Sequence record: NZ_CP067423.1
Strand: one strand, 5' to 3'
DNA length: 64,000 bases
From: a plasmid
This document shows positions 49,062 to 58,884 of this stretch, one piece after another. The notes below the pieces were generated by a model. That model made no database searches and was not told where the DNA came from. It saw only the letters and a program-made list of their open reading frames with translations. A program made the position numbers and the translations under genes. Numbering within the stretch: position 1 is the first letter of the stretch; each line of letters begins with the position of its first letter.

Positions 49062-49421
49062 TCACTCCGGCGCGTCGATCCCTCTCCTGGACAAGTAGTC
49101 CCGCAAGGAGCGCAGGAAGAACACGGACTGATGTACCCGGGCACGGCCGCACGCCTCCGCCATGGCAGCGGCCACCTCGGGGGTCAGTCGGATGTGGCGG
49201 GTCCGGATCTTGCGGCCGGGGATGGTGGCAACGAAGATGATCTCCTCGTCACTATCCAGCCGCTCGACCATTGCGCTGACAGCTTCGTCGTAGATGGCCC
49301 GCAGCGGCTGGCACCGCTGCTTCGCATAGGCACGCACGACATTCATCAATTCGTCCGACAACCCCGTCACGCTGGTCTCGGTCGTCGGGTAGGCAGGTCG
49401 TGGCACCGTCGCAATTTCCAT
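49062..49421 (-). CDS. Hypothetical small protein, possible RHH/Arc-like regulator
   Basis: Start at MEIATVPRPAY. The C-terminus reads KIRTRHIRLTPEVAAAMAEAC. It lies downstream of the second trbI-like gene. Confidence 0.3.
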   Translation of the reverse strand: MEIATVPRPAYPTTETSVTGLSDELMNVVRAYAKQRCQPLRAIYDEAVSAMVERLDSDEEIIFVATIPGRKIRTRHIRLTPEVAAAMAEACGRARVHQSVFFLRSLRDYLSRRGIDAPE

Positions 49422-49428
49422 TGATTTG

Positions 49429-50562
49429 TTACGTCTCCGGAAAAGGAATATCACTATTTATCTGAATTCGATAGATAGCGCCGGATCTCATCGTCAGTAC
49501 CGGCGGTCTCATTAATTCCCGGTTAACGTATTCACCGCCGACGCCTCGGATGCCCTGAGTGCCGACATTTACCGCGACACCGGCCGGCCCCTCGATCAAT
49601 CCACCCAAGGCGCCGACGAACGACAGCGCTCCCTCGATCAGGATGCCGGTGGCGATGCCGCTCCAGGGGTAGTCGCTCTCCGCCTCGACGCCGCTGGCGC
49701 CGTCCTGGCCGAGCGCCGGCGAACATGCCATCGGCATGATTCCACCCCCCAGCAGGTCGACCCGGGTGGCACACATCTGGACCCTCAGGTCGCCTCGGCT
49801 GACGCCGGTGGCGTTCAGCTCGGTCATGACGGTGCTGCCGGCGGGGATGGCCAGGCACTCCTCGACCTGACCGTTGCCCAGGAAAATCCGTCCAAAGGCG
49901 TCCTCGATGATGATGCCGCGCACCTGGCCGGGCAACTCGGTGCGAACCGGGTTCGGGTTCTGGATCACCAACTCCTCGCCCGCCTTCAGGATGCAGCCGG
50001 TCAGTTCGGGCTGCAGGCTGTGCGGGTGATAAAGGCCCTGGCCACTGCGACCACCGCCCCGAGTGTAGAAGTCAGACTTGGCGTTGCCGCCCTCGCCACC
50101 TGTCCCGGCTGCCACAGGTGTCGCTGCGACATCTCCGCTCCCCTGGGCCATGCTGCTACCGCCCAACAGCGGGTTCATCACGGCGCCCATGTGCTTGTTG
50201 TCGAACGCCAGAACCGACACCTTGAAGTTCCTGACCGGCTGCTTGCGTGGCACTTCGCTTCTCCGCTCCTGCCGGTGTCCGGGAGGCGGCGCTTGCTCGC
50301 CTGTTTCCGGTGGCGGTGTCTCGGCAACTTGCGGCCTGGGTTCGGGCGCCCGCGCGCTGATGGCCGCCGGCTCTAGACCCTTGGGCTCCTCGCGTTCCGA
50401 CTCGGTCGTGATCCCGGCCACGCCGTAGAGCATGGCGAGGACCGCAACGACGGAGGTTCCACCCAACAGCAGGGTCCGCTTGTTGAAGCGCCCGCTGTAT
50501 TCGCGGACAGGCTCCTCGATGCCATCCTCTCCGGGATGACGCTCCTTGTCGTAGCTTCTCAT
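49429..50562 (-). CDS. TrbI/VirB10-like protein (second T4SS)
   Basis: 377 aa with an N-terminal TM helix, a Pro-rich linker and a VirB10-like C-terminal beta domain. Confidence 0.8.
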   Translation of the reverse strand: MRSYDKERHPGEDGIEEPVREYSGRFNKRTLLLGGTSVVAVLAMLYGVAGITTESEREEPKGLEPAAISARAPEPRPQVAETPPPETGEQAPPPGHRQERRSEVPRKQPVRNFKVSVLAFDNKHMGAVMNPLLGGSSMAQGSGDVAATPVAAGTGGEGGNAKSDFYTRGGGRSGQGLYHPHSLQPELTGCILKAGEELVIQNPNPVRTELPGQVRGIIIEDAFGRIFLGNGQVEECLAIPAGSTVMTELNATGVSRGDLRVQMCATRVDLLGGGIMPMACSPALGQDGASGVEAESDYPWSGIATGILIEGALSFVGALGGLIEGPAGVAVNVGTQGIRGVGGEYVNRELMRPPVLTMRSGAIYRIQINSDIPFPET

Positions 50563-51563
50563 CGTTCTCTCCGAACGGTCATGACGAGGTCACCGCGCAC
50601 GAACCGGACCTCTCCGGGCAGGCCGCGGATGACGTAGTGGCGAGAGGTGGGGTCGATCCAGAATGAGGGAGCCGATCCCCTGGGCAGGAACGGGACCGGC
50701 CGGCTGGATAGCCGGGCGGGCGGCAGGATGTAGGTATTGACGCCATCGTTGTAGGCCGACCACTCGCCGGGCAGGAATTCTGCAGGGCCGTGATAGACGT
50801 ACCGGGTATCCGAGACGGCGGTCGCGTCAGGCCTATGCACCGTAGCGGCTGTCACCCTCGGTTGATCGGACCCGTAGGTATGCTGGACGACCGGATGATA
50901 TGCTGCGTGGCACTTGCGGGGAGCGGCGTCCTCGGCCGGCTTACAGGACGGAACTACGAGATCGTAGAGGTACACCCTGCTGCCGGTAGCGATGGACAGC
51001 GATGTCCGCTCACCCTGTTTGTAGGCCTTGACGGTGACGATCAACCGGGCGCTGGCGGACTTCCTGTTGTTGGCCCGTTCCCGTTTGGCTCGCATGGACG
51101 TACCGTCGACGCCCCCGGCGGTCACCTCAACCATGAACCACTGCGGGTTTCCCAAGATAGCCTCCGGCGTGGCCTCGCCCGGCTCCAAGTAGAAGAGGGT
51201 CACATCGCTGTCGGTTTCCCCGTCGGCAGATGGGCCGTCCATGATAACCTGCTGTCGGACACCGTTCTGGAACGGGCAGGTCATGATTGATCCCTCGAAG
51301 CTGCAGTCCAGGGCGGTGCGCCGGGACCTCTTGACCATGGCCGCAGTCTTGGCGGCTGGCGACGTGAACTTCTTTTCCGGTTTGGCGGGCCCGGTCGCCA
51401 CACCACCAAAAGGCACGGGCACCTGCAGCGTGCCCGGCCCGGGAGGCTGAACCTCCTGGGCCTGGAGGTAGTCGTAAGTCAGTGACGGAGCATCACCCGA
51501 TGGACCGCCTGCGCAGCCCGCCAACACCACCCCCGCAACCGACATCAGCAGAAACTTACACAT
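50559..51563 (-). CDS. TrbG/VirB9-like lipoprotein (second T4SS)
   Basis: 334 aa with a lipobox (VLAGCAG) and a VirB9/CagX-like body. Confidence 0.75.
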   Translation of the reverse strand: MCKFLLMSVAGVVLAGCAGGPSGDAPSLTYDYLQAQEVQPPGPGTLQVPVPFGGVATGPAKPEKKFTSPAAKTAAMVKRSRRTALDCSFEGSIMTCPFQNGVRQQVIMDGPSADGETDSDVTLFYLEPGEATPEAILGNPQWFMVEVTAGGVDGTSMRAKRERANNRKSASARLIVTVKAYKQGERTSLSIATGSRVYLYDLVVPSCKPAEDAAPRKCHAAYHPVVQHTYGSDQPRVTAATVHRPDATAVSDTRYVYHGPAEFLPGEWSAYNDGVNTYILPPARLSSRPVPFLPRGSAPSFWIDPTSRHYVIRGLPGEVRFVRGDLVMTVRRER

Positions 51564-51628
51564 TTCCAGCCGTCCTCAATCGCGATTTATGGGCTGTATT
51601 ATATCCCATAAACAACCTCAGTTGAGCC

Positions 51629-52324
51629 TCACTCGGTGCCCAGGATTTCATAGTCGGTGATCAGGATGCCCATCGGGTTACAGTCCCGGATCTCGGCCGA
51701 GACGTTGGGGAACCGCTGCACCCGGAACTCCGCCGACTTCGGCACCACGGTCCTGCGCATGCCGTCGTCGAACGTCTCCGACCAAGCCGCGCTGATCCAC
51801 ATGCCCTCGGTGTTGCTGCGCTCGCCAGGGCGGCGCCCCACCCGCACATCTTTCTCCGACAGGATGCGCTTCTGGCCGCGGCGCACCATCTCGACGCCGG
51901 CAGATCGTTCGAACGACCGGTTGGCCTTGGTCGCGGCCGGGCCGGTGACGGAGCAGTACAGGGTGTCAATCATCTCCTGCACCTGGGCCGAGGAGTCGAT
52001 CCGACGCAGCCTGTAGACCAGGCGCTTGACCTCGGCGCGGGCCGCTGCCTCGAACTCATCAGCCTTCAGGTCGCCGGCCCTGATCACCTTGAGGGACGTG
52101 AAGTCGCTGTCGAGCAGAGCGGCGAACACTTCCGGCGGCGCCGCCGCGATCTGTTCGCGCTTGTAGACCTGAAAGCCGTTCAGCCCCAGGCTTGCCGCCA
52201 GGGCGAGGACCAGGGCGCGCAAGGCGCCCCGCTGCTGCTGGGCGAGCCATCCCGGGCGGAACGGCTTGGTTTGCTCGACGGTCGGCTCTGGCTGGGTGCG
52301 GCGCATGCGGATCTTGTCAAACAT
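51629..52324 (-). CDS. TrbF/VirB8-like protein (second T4SS)
   Basis: Start at MFDKIRMRR. 231 aa with a TM helix and a VirB8-like domain. The upstream extension of ORF 51629..52777 is rejected. Confidence 0.7.
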   Translation of the reverse strand: MFDKIRMRRTQPEPTVEQTKPFRPGWLAQQQRGALRALVLALAASLGLNGFQVYKREQIAAAPPEVFAALLDSDFTSLKVIRAGDLKADEFEAAARAEVKRLVYRLRRIDSSAQVQEMIDTLYCSVTGPAATKANRSFERSAGVEMVRRGQKRILSEKDVRVGRRPGERSNTEGMWISAAWSETFDDGMRRTVVPKSAEFRVQRFPNVSAEIRDCNPMGILITDYEILGTE

Positions 52325-52326
52325 TC

Positions 52327-53367
52327 TTATACTCTCCTGGATTGGCCGGCTGCGGCCTTGGCGACGCGGGACCAGTACTGGCTCTGAGCTGCGGCCGATG
52401 CCGTCGTCCTGGCGCCGCTGGCCACCCGTTGGGCGCCCTGGCCGATGCCGCGCCAGGTGCTCGTCATGTGCGTGACCTCGCGCTGCGCCAGGGAGCGCCC
52501 GCGCTCGACCATCGCCCCGGTGCCAGTGACGGACCTTGCGACGTTGCCGATGCCCCGGGTGATGGCCTGGGATGACAGCTGCGGCACGGCACTGATGATG
52601 CCGGCGGAAAGCGTTCGGGACTGCCAGGCCAGCCACGCGATGAACACGGCGAGCAGCACCGCCGGGATGATGTCGTCGAAGACCGGCGTTGGCGGCAGGT
52701 CCATCAGCTCGAATGCCCGCGAACCGATGCCGGCGACCATGGCGATGATGACCAGCTTGACCAGGTTGTTCAGCCAACCCTGGATCGCGCCCTCGGCCAT
52801 GTTCTTCGTGAACGGCGTCACGGCCATCGGCGTGAACAGCAGCATGAACAGGCCGTTGGTCTTATAGCCGATCGCCGTGGTCGCCATCTCGAACACCAGG
52901 AAGGCGAATGCCACGTAGATGAACAACGCCGCCAATTCCAGCATAAGCCTGTCGTCCAGGGTTTTGCCGCATTCGATCCACCCGGAGCACAGGGCCTGCT
53001 TCGTGGCCAGGATCTTGTCGGCCTGACCATCGCCGATGCCCCAGAGGGCGGATGGTGTGAACAGGTCCGCGGTCGCGCCATCGGCACCGACGATCCCGCC
53101 ACCGAGTGCCAGCGCGAAGTTGCCGGCAGCGTCGACGATTTCCTTGGCCGACCAGGCGATGGCCAGGAACAGCCAGAAGATCACGAACATCCCGATCAGG
53201 TCGCCGATGATGTTGTCCATGGCACCGGCCAGCCAGGCGAAGGCCAGCCGGGTGACGGCCCATCCGAACGCCAGGGCGAAGGTCGCCAGCACCACCGGCA
53301 TGATCAGCTCGAAGCCGGCGTCCAGGATGCCTAGGACCATGAAGAAAACTTCATCGACGACGCTCAT
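52327..53367 (-). CDS. TrbL/VirB6-like membrane protein (second T4SS)
   Basis: Start at MSVVDEVFFMVLG. Polytopic membrane protein of 346 aa. Confidence 0.75.
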   Translation of the reverse strand: MSVVDEVFFMVLGILDAGFELIMPVVLATFALAFGWAVTRLAFAWLAGAMDNIIGDLIGMFVIFWLFLAIAWSAKEIVDAAGNFALALGGGIVGADGATADLFTPSALWGIGDGQADKILATKQALCSGWIECGKTLDDRLMLELAALFIYVAFAFLVFEMATTAIGYKTNGLFMLLFTPMAVTPFTKNMAEGAIQGWLNNLVKLVIIAMVAGIGSRAFELMDLPPTPVFDDIIPAVLLAVFIAWLAWQSRTLSAGIISAVPQLSSQAITRGIGNVARSVTGTGAMVERGRSLAQREVTHMTSTWRGIGQGAQRVASGARTTASAAAQSQYWSRVAKAAAGQSRRV

Positions 53368-53591
53368 GGCGGATGCTTCTGGGTCAGGGTTTTCGGGTCC
53401 ACCTTGCGCTGGCCGCATTCGGGACAGTCGCCGAGGCCGCGGTACAGCCGATCGATCTTCTCCTGCGCCTGCTGTTCCTGGCGCCTGATTTCTTCCTGCA
53501 TGATCCGTAGCTCCTCGGCCGCAGGGTCGGGGTGCGGGGCGGGGCACAGCACGGTCAGGCCGATGCCGAGCAGGATTGCGCAGATGTCCAT
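53364..53591 (-). CDS. Small secreted protein with CxxC (CPECGQR), possible TrbK-like/entry-exclusion analogue
   Basis: 75 aa, with a hydrophobic N-terminus. It lies between the trbJ-like and trbL-like genes. Assignment is positional only. Confidence 0.3.
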   Translation of the reverse strand: MDICAILLGIGLTVLCPAPHPDPAAEELRIMQEEIRRQEQQAQEKIDRLYRGLGDCPECGQRKVDPKTLTQKHPP

Positions 53592-53600
53592 GTCGTCACC

Positions 53601-55544
53601 TCACTGGAAAAGAGCGCGACCGGTAGGAGTGCGGGGCTCAAGGGATCCCGGCCCATAGAGGCGCCGGACCTTCTGGTCCGCGATGATCTCCTGGACGCGC
53701 TGCTCCTCGGTCGTCCGGAGCATCGCCGTCGCCATCGCCGCATCACCGGCCTGCCTGGCGGCATCAACAGCGATCTGGGTGCGCAGCATCTGGGTCTGCG
53801 CCTGGATAGCCTGAGTCTGGCCGACTGCTCCCTGACTCAGCCCCAGGACCTCGTCAGACATGTCGAGAGCAGCATCGATGCTGGCCTGGGCCGCTGCCTG
53901 GGTGCGGGCAGCCTCGCGCGTGGCGTCGCTGGTCCTGGTGCGGACCTCGTCCATGTGCAGTCCGGCATCCTCGAAGGTCCAGCTTTCGGGCATGCCCTCC
54001 TGGTAGCGTTCCTGCATCACACCATCAGCATCGACTCCATAGAGATCGGGATCAATGCTGCCCAGCTGACGCCGGGCTGCCTCTTCGACGGTCGAGGCAC
54101 CGGCTGCGGCACTGGCACCAAGCCTCTGCGTCATCTTTCGCTGTTCGGCGAGCTGGCGCTGCTGGGCGGCGAGTTGCTTGCCCAGGCACAGGTTGCCGGC
54201 AATCGCGGTCATCTGCTGGGCGATCTGCGCCGTCAGCGTCGCCCGACCGCCCGAGAAAATCCCGCTGACCACCGATGCGGCGCCGCCGATCATCGCGCCG
54301 CCGATGTTGCACTTCACGGTCTCGACAGCGCTGTCGACGTAGTCCTCGATCGGCTGCAGCACGGTATCGACGGCGTCGCCGATGGTGTTGTTGACCGCGC
54401 TGGTCACCTGGCCAGTGGCCCGGTTGATGATCCGGTTGCCCTCACGCACGATGATGCCGCCGGAGACCAGGTCGTTCAGCCGGCGCACAGCACCGGCCTC
54501 GCCCCGTTCCACCGCCCGCCAGAACTGGTCGTCCGTGTTGTAGAAGTTGTCCGCCAAGCCGTCGACGTTGCGTTCAAACTGGCTATCCGTGCTGCCGTCC
54601 CAGGCCGAGGCTCCGGTGCCGCCGGCCACCCGGTTGTTTTCGATGGTGTTGTTCCGGCTGGTGATCGAGCCCGGCATATGGCTGTTCTGGCCGTTGCTGA
54701 TACCACCGCTGATGTTGTTGCCCTCGATGCGGTTGTTCTCGGCCGAGACCACCCGCACGTCGCCCCGGATGTCGTTGCCGGTGACGACGCTGTTCTCCGC
54801 CTCGTTATCCTGGAACTCGTCGGGGAACTGGTCCATCCGATTCAGCCGGCTGTTACCGTAGCCACCGACCGACACCGCCGTGTCGGCATCAATGTCGATG
54901 GTGTTGTTCACCAGCTGCACGCCGTCGCTGCCGGCCTTCCAGGTGATGCCTGCGAATCCGGCCTTGCCTTTGATCGTATTCCCTTCGTATCGGACGTTCC
55001 TGACCGAGACGTTGTCGATGGCCTCCTGGCGCCAGTGGCCGTCGATCGTATTGCCGGCCACCAGGACGGACTGCTGGTCGGTCGGGCTCATGTTGAACAG
55101 TTTGAAGCCGTCCTGCCCTTCGCCGGTAATCAGGTTGTTGGTGACCTTGAGGTTACCGATGTTCCCGTAAGACCCCCACAGCTTGAAGCCGCCGACGTCA
55201 CCGCCGCTTGGTGCGTCGGCGATCACGTGGAAACCGTCGATCTCCACGTTGGTGATGCGGTTGGCCTGCACGGCGGCCTGGTTGCGGCTGCCCCGGATCA
55301 CCGCGGCACCTTTGCCGTCGACAGAGAAGATTCGAATGGGTGCGCCCGGATCGCCGTGCAGGTTGCTCAGGTCCAGGCTGCCGTTATAGGTGCCGCTGTA
55401 GACGGCGACGGTGTCGCCCGCCCTGGCCGAACGGATCTTGGCCTCCAGGTTGTCTCCCGGCCTGACCTCGATCGTGGCAGCCAGCGCCGGTGTGCCGAGC
55501 ACCGTTCCCGCAAGCAACATCCCCGCGAAAACTCCTCGCCACAT
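53601..55544 (-). CDS. Fusion protein: right-handed parallel beta-helix (PbH1) repeat domain + C-terminal TrbJ/VirB5-like domain
   Basis: Start at MWRGVFAGML, which has a signal peptide and an AAGGAGAG Shine-Dalgarno sequence upstream. The first ~420 aa contain repeated NNTI/GNTI/NNRIEGNNI turns (NNTIDIDADTAV, NNRIEGNNISGG, NNTIENNRVAGG). The C-terminal ~220 aa form a Gln/Ala-rich coiled coil alignable to TrbJ (QQRQLAEQRK...AQTQMLRTQIAVDAARQAG). 647 aa, in the trbJ position. Confidence 0.7.
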   Translation of the reverse strand: MWRGVFAGMLLAGTVLGTPALAATIEVRPGDNLEAKIRSARAGDTVAVYSGTYNGSLDLSNLHGDPGAPIRIFSVDGKGAAVIRGSRNQAAVQANRITNVEIDGFHVIADAPSGGDVGGFKLWGSYGNIGNLKVTNNLITGEGQDGFKLFNMSPTDQQSVLVAGNTIDGHWRQEAIDNVSVRNVRYEGNTIKGKAGFAGITWKAGSDGVQLVNNTIDIDADTAVSVGGYGNSRLNRMDQFPDEFQDNEAENSVVTGNDIRGDVRVVSAENNRIEGNNISGGISNGQNSHMPGSITSRNNTIENNRVAGGTGASAWDGSTDSQFERNVDGLADNFYNTDDQFWRAVERGEAGAVRRLNDLVSGGIIVREGNRIINRATGQVTSAVNNTIGDAVDTVLQPIEDYVDSAVETVKCNIGGAMIGGAASVVSGIFSGGRATLTAQIAQQMTAIAGNLCLGKQLAAQQRQLAEQRKMTQRLGASAAAGASTVEEAARRQLGSIDPDLYGVDADGVMQERYQEGMPESWTFEDAGLHMDEVRTRTSDATREAARTQAAAQASIDAALDMSDEVLGLSQGAVGQTQAIQAQTQMLRTQIAVDAARQAGDAAMATAMLRTTEEQRVQEIIADQKVRRLYGPGSLEPRTPTGRALFQ

Positions 55545-55825
55545 CACACCTCTCCTTTGTGCCGTATACAGGATATGAGAGATCCCATAATTGCCCGCCC
55601 CGCATAGCCCACCGCGATCAGCGCTCCACCGAGGCTCACCAGCAGCGTCAATGACCGCCACGGCTGGGGCAGGTCGGCGGTTAACCACCTGACCAGCGGC
55701 ACCCCTTCGGTCAGGATCAGGACCCCGATGCCGAGAAGGGCCAGGGAGCCGGCGACGCCGATGGCCAACCCGGGAAGCAGGTAAACCATGGACCGTTTCA
55801 GGATCTCGGCGGGATACCCGTTCAT
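55544..55825 (-). CDS. Small two-TM membrane protein (unknown) between the trbE-like and trbJ-like genes
   Basis: 93 aa, overlap-coupled to its neighbours. Two hydrophobic helices. Confidence 0.35.
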   Translation of the reverse strand: MNGYPAEILKRSMVYLLPGLAIGVAGSLALLGIGVLILTEGVPLVRWLTADLPQPWRSLTLLVSLGGALIAVGYAGRAIMGSLISCIRHKGEV

Positions 55826-58275
55826 TCTGCGGCCCTCAGTATGGTTTCGGGTTCATCGCCCAGGAGCGGACCGACGTCGACGCCGTGCTCTGCCATCCAA
55901 CTGGTCAGGAAGTCGCCGCCCCGGCGCTCGACCTGGCGGGCGTGCTGGTAATGGTGATCGTCGGTCTGGAGCACCATGGCCGAGGCGATCGGGGAGCCGA
56001 GGTCGAAGGTCACCACCGCTTTCCCGACGCCGGGCCGGTGGACGAAGTATTCACCGGCCTGCGCCATGCCAGCGATCACCTCGGCATCGTGCTGGCTCAG
56101 TTTCAGCTCTCCCAGGACCTGCAGACCCTCGGTGGTGGTCACCGCGGTGTCCTGCACGTAGATTTGGGTCGGGCACGAATTGAGGATGATGTGCGAGATG
56201 TCCGACCTGGACAGGTCGAGGACCGACTGGGTGGCGAAGACAACCTGGGTCTTGAGCTTGCGGTATGTCCGGAGACCCCAGCCAAGCCCCTTCACGAACC
56301 CGCCCGCGACATAGGCACTGGCCTCGTCGAGCTGGAGCATCAGCGGCCGGCGCGAGCTGGACAGCCGCATGATGTGCCGCCACAGGTAGGAGATCAGGGC
56401 CGGCGCCGCCACGGCCTCGTCGTCGTCCGTGATGGCTGAAAGTTCAAAGTTGATCCAGTCGGCCTCGTAACTGCGATTGTCAACGGCATCGAAGATGTAG
56501 CCGAGCGGACCGTCGTGAGTGTAGATCCGCATCGCCTTGGCCGCGTCCTCCGACGGCACGTTCAGGCAGAACGTTGTCATGGTCCGGTCGTCCGGTGGCA
56601 TCCGCGCCATGATCCGGAGCGCAGCGTCGACTGCCTGGGAGATGTCGGAGTTGTCGGCCGCGGCGCCGATCTGCTGGCGGATGCGCGCCAGCGTCCAGGA
56701 ATGCGCCCAGGCTCTGTCGGTAGGCTTGTCGATCTGGCGGTAAGGCTGCACGCCGCAACCCTGCTCGCCGATGTTGAAGGTCACCCCACCAACCAGCTTG
56801 GCCGCGACATAGCCGGAGCGGCCGGACTCGACCCGCATGACACGACCACCGGGGACGGCGGTGATGTGCCCGAGGCCCAGGGCATTGAGACCTGATGTTT
56901 TGCCGCCGCCCGTGCCGCCGCACAGGAAGCAGTGCCGGGTGGCCCCGTCGATGTGCAGCGACAACGCGAACCGGCTGGTCGAGCTGGTCCGGCCATGGAG
57001 GAGGATCGGACTCTTGGTTGACCCTAGATCTCCGGCCCAGGCCTTGGTCAGCGGCGCGGTGACCGCGGCGGCCAGCAGGTTGACGCCGGGTCGCACGAAG
57101 TCGACGTCGGTCTTGCCGGGGATCGCCCCCAGGACGCAGTCGTGAGTCGTCAGGTCGTTGATCTCGACCCCGAACCCGTGGTCGAGCAGGAATTCCTCAA
57201 TCTTGCCGGCCTGCGTCTTCGCCTCGCCCCGGTCCTCGTGGTAGACCAGGACGTTGTCCGTGGTCTGGCACCGGAGCACGCCGCCCCGCTGCAACTCCAG
57301 CAGCATGGCGTCGGTTTCCTCCAGGGTGACGGTCGCAGCCTTGTTGTTCAGCGGGCTCAACGCATCCTTCTGGAACTGGCGCATCACCTGGAGCAGCATG
57401 CTTTCCTGGGTCAGCGCCGCCTTGCGGACCAGCCACTCCAGCTCACGCACGGACTCGGCCTTGGACTGGGTCCGGATACGCTTAACCCGACGGATGCGGT
57501 AGCCCAGCTCGGACAGGCCGTTGAACGTGTCGTTACCGAAGTCCAGGGCGCCGGCTTCTATGCTCCGCGGATAGGTGTTGATCTGGACGGACCGCACGTT
57601 GAGGCGGTTGTGCTCATGACCCAGCCACAGCGGGCGACCGCCGGTCAGGGGGCTGTCGATCAGCTGCGGCGCCAGGAACTCGTAAGGATCGATCGAGATC
57701 GGCCTGTCGTTGACGGAGATGGTCGACCGCAGGTACGTGGCTAGGTCATCGCCTTCCAGAACCTCCGCCCCCACGAAGCGCAGGAGTGCGGCCATCCGGT
57801 CCACCGACCGGACGTAGTCGTCGAACATCGGGCCGTAATCGCCCCGGGTCTCGCCCGGCTCCGGCAACAGCAGGGCATTACGCAGCCTCACCGCCAGCCC
57901 GGCCGGTGGATTGTGCCGTACGGAAACATAATGCCGGCTGCCGAAGTGAGTGCCGTCGCCATGCACCGCGGTCCGGTCGATACCGTAGAGGCGGGCCGCT
58001 CGGTTCTCCGTCGTCTGAACCTGGATACCAGGGAGCGGACCACGCCGCTCCTCGACCCAGATCCACTTTCCACCGCCCAGGGTCTGCAAGGCCACCGCGA
58101 ACCGGGCAGCATGGCGCAAACGCTGCTCATCGCTGGCCGTGGACAGGTCCGGTGGTGCCAGTGCCATGGCCATCAGCCAGCCGAACTGGCTGCACGCCAC
58201 GACGCGCGGCCGACCCGCATGCGGCAGCATGGTCAGCCAGGGCACCTCGTCGCGCAGGTAACGCTTCCTTGTCAT
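55822..58275 (-). CDS. TrbE/VirB4-like ATPase (second T4SS)
   Basis: Start at MTRKRYLRDEV. 817 aa with a Walker A motif (LCGGTGGGKTSGLNAL). Confidence 0.9.
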   Translation of the reverse strand: MTRKRYLRDEVPWLTMLPHAGRPRVVACSQFGWLMAMALAPPDLSTASDEQRLRHAARFAVALQTLGGGKWIWVEERRGPLPGIQVQTTENRAARLYGIDRTAVHGDGTHFGSRHYVSVRHNPPAGLAVRLRNALLLPEPGETRGDYGPMFDDYVRSVDRMAALLRFVGAEVLEGDDLATYLRSTISVNDRPISIDPYEFLAPQLIDSPLTGGRPLWLGHEHNRLNVRSVQINTYPRSIEAGALDFGNDTFNGLSELGYRIRRVKRIRTQSKAESVRELEWLVRKAALTQESMLLQVMRQFQKDALSPLNNKAATVTLEETDAMLLELQRGGVLRCQTTDNVLVYHEDRGEAKTQAGKIEEFLLDHGFGVEINDLTTHDCVLGAIPGKTDVDFVRPGVNLLAAAVTAPLTKAWAGDLGSTKSPILLHGRTSSTSRFALSLHIDGATRHCFLCGGTGGGKTSGLNALGLGHITAVPGGRVMRVESGRSGYVAAKLVGGVTFNIGEQGCGVQPYRQIDKPTDRAWAHSWTLARIRQQIGAAADNSDISQAVDAALRIMARMPPDDRTMTTFCLNVPSEDAAKAMRIYTHDGPLGYIFDAVDNRSYEADWINFELSAITDDDEAVAAPALISYLWRHIMRLSSSRRPLMLQLDEASAYVAGGFVKGLGWGLRTYRKLKTQVVFATQSVLDLSRSDISHIILNSCPTQIYVQDTAVTTTEGLQVLGELKLSQHDAEVIAGMAQAGEYFVHRPGVGKAVVTFDLGSPIASAMVLQTDDHHYQHARQVERRGGDFLTSWMAEHGVDVGPLLGDEPETILRAAE

Positions 58276-58276
58276 G

Positions 58277-58582
58277 TCAGGTCTCCAAGTCAGTGCGACG
58301 GCGCAGAGCGCGCACGGCAAAGCGCAAGAGGTTTTCCTGATAGAAGGGATTGTCCTTGGCCAGCATGACGCCGCCGTACCACATCGCGCCCGTGCCCAGG
58401 CACAGCACGACGATCACGGAGATGATGTTCCGGCCGCTGGGGGTGACGGCATACATCGTGAAAACCGTCCCGCAGATCCACCACAGGGCGATTACCAGGA
58501 CCGTCGAGAGTCGGCAGCTCCCCGGCATGTAAGGATGCTGTCCACTCCGTCGGATCTCGATGCCGTAATCCAGCGACGCCAT
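58277..58582 (-). CDS. TrbD/VirB3-like protein
   Basis: 101-aa membrane protein upstream of the VirB4-like gene. Confidence 0.6.
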   Translation of the reverse strand: MASLDYGIEIRRSGQHPYMPGSCRLSTVLVIALWWICGTVFTMYAVTPSGRNIISVIVVLCLGTGAMWYGGVMLAKDNPFYQENLLRFAVRALRRRTDLET

Positions 58583-58884
58583 CAGGCCCCGCCGAGGCCC
58601 AGGACGTATTCGGCCAGCAGCGGCACGCCACCGATGAAGGCGCCGATCGCGGCACCGACGATGGCCTTGCCGATGCCGCGGCCGGGATCTCCGACCATGG
58701 CACCGAGCAGGGCGCCGATGATGGCCAGGCCGACAATCATCAACCCGACGTTCTGGATCATGAAGTCCCAGATGTCCTGGGTGAACGTCTCGATGCCGTT
58801 GGCAGGGATCTGCGCCAGGGCAGGGCCGGCGAAAGCAGTCAGGCCCAGGACGATGGCGGCGGAAAGGGACTGGTTCGTCTTCAT
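58582..58884 (-). CDS. TrbC/VirB2-like pilin
   Basis: 100 aa with a signal peptide (MKTNQSLSAAIVLGLTAFAGPALA) and two hydrophobic helices. Confidence 0.65.
   Translation of the reverse strand: MKTNQSLSAAIVLGLTAFAGPALAQIPANGIETFTQDIWDFMIQNVGLMIVGLAIIGALLGAMVGDPGRGIGKAIVGAAIGAFIGGVPLLAEYVLGLGGA

Noticed and set aside
53532-55607. 691-aa plus-strand ORF antisense to the beta-helix/TrbJ gene (and similar plus-strand ORFs 58884..60008 and 61215..62588)
   Set aside because: These are mirror ORFs in the very high-GC second T4SS block. The minus-strand products carry the VirB homology and have Shine-Dalgarno sequences.
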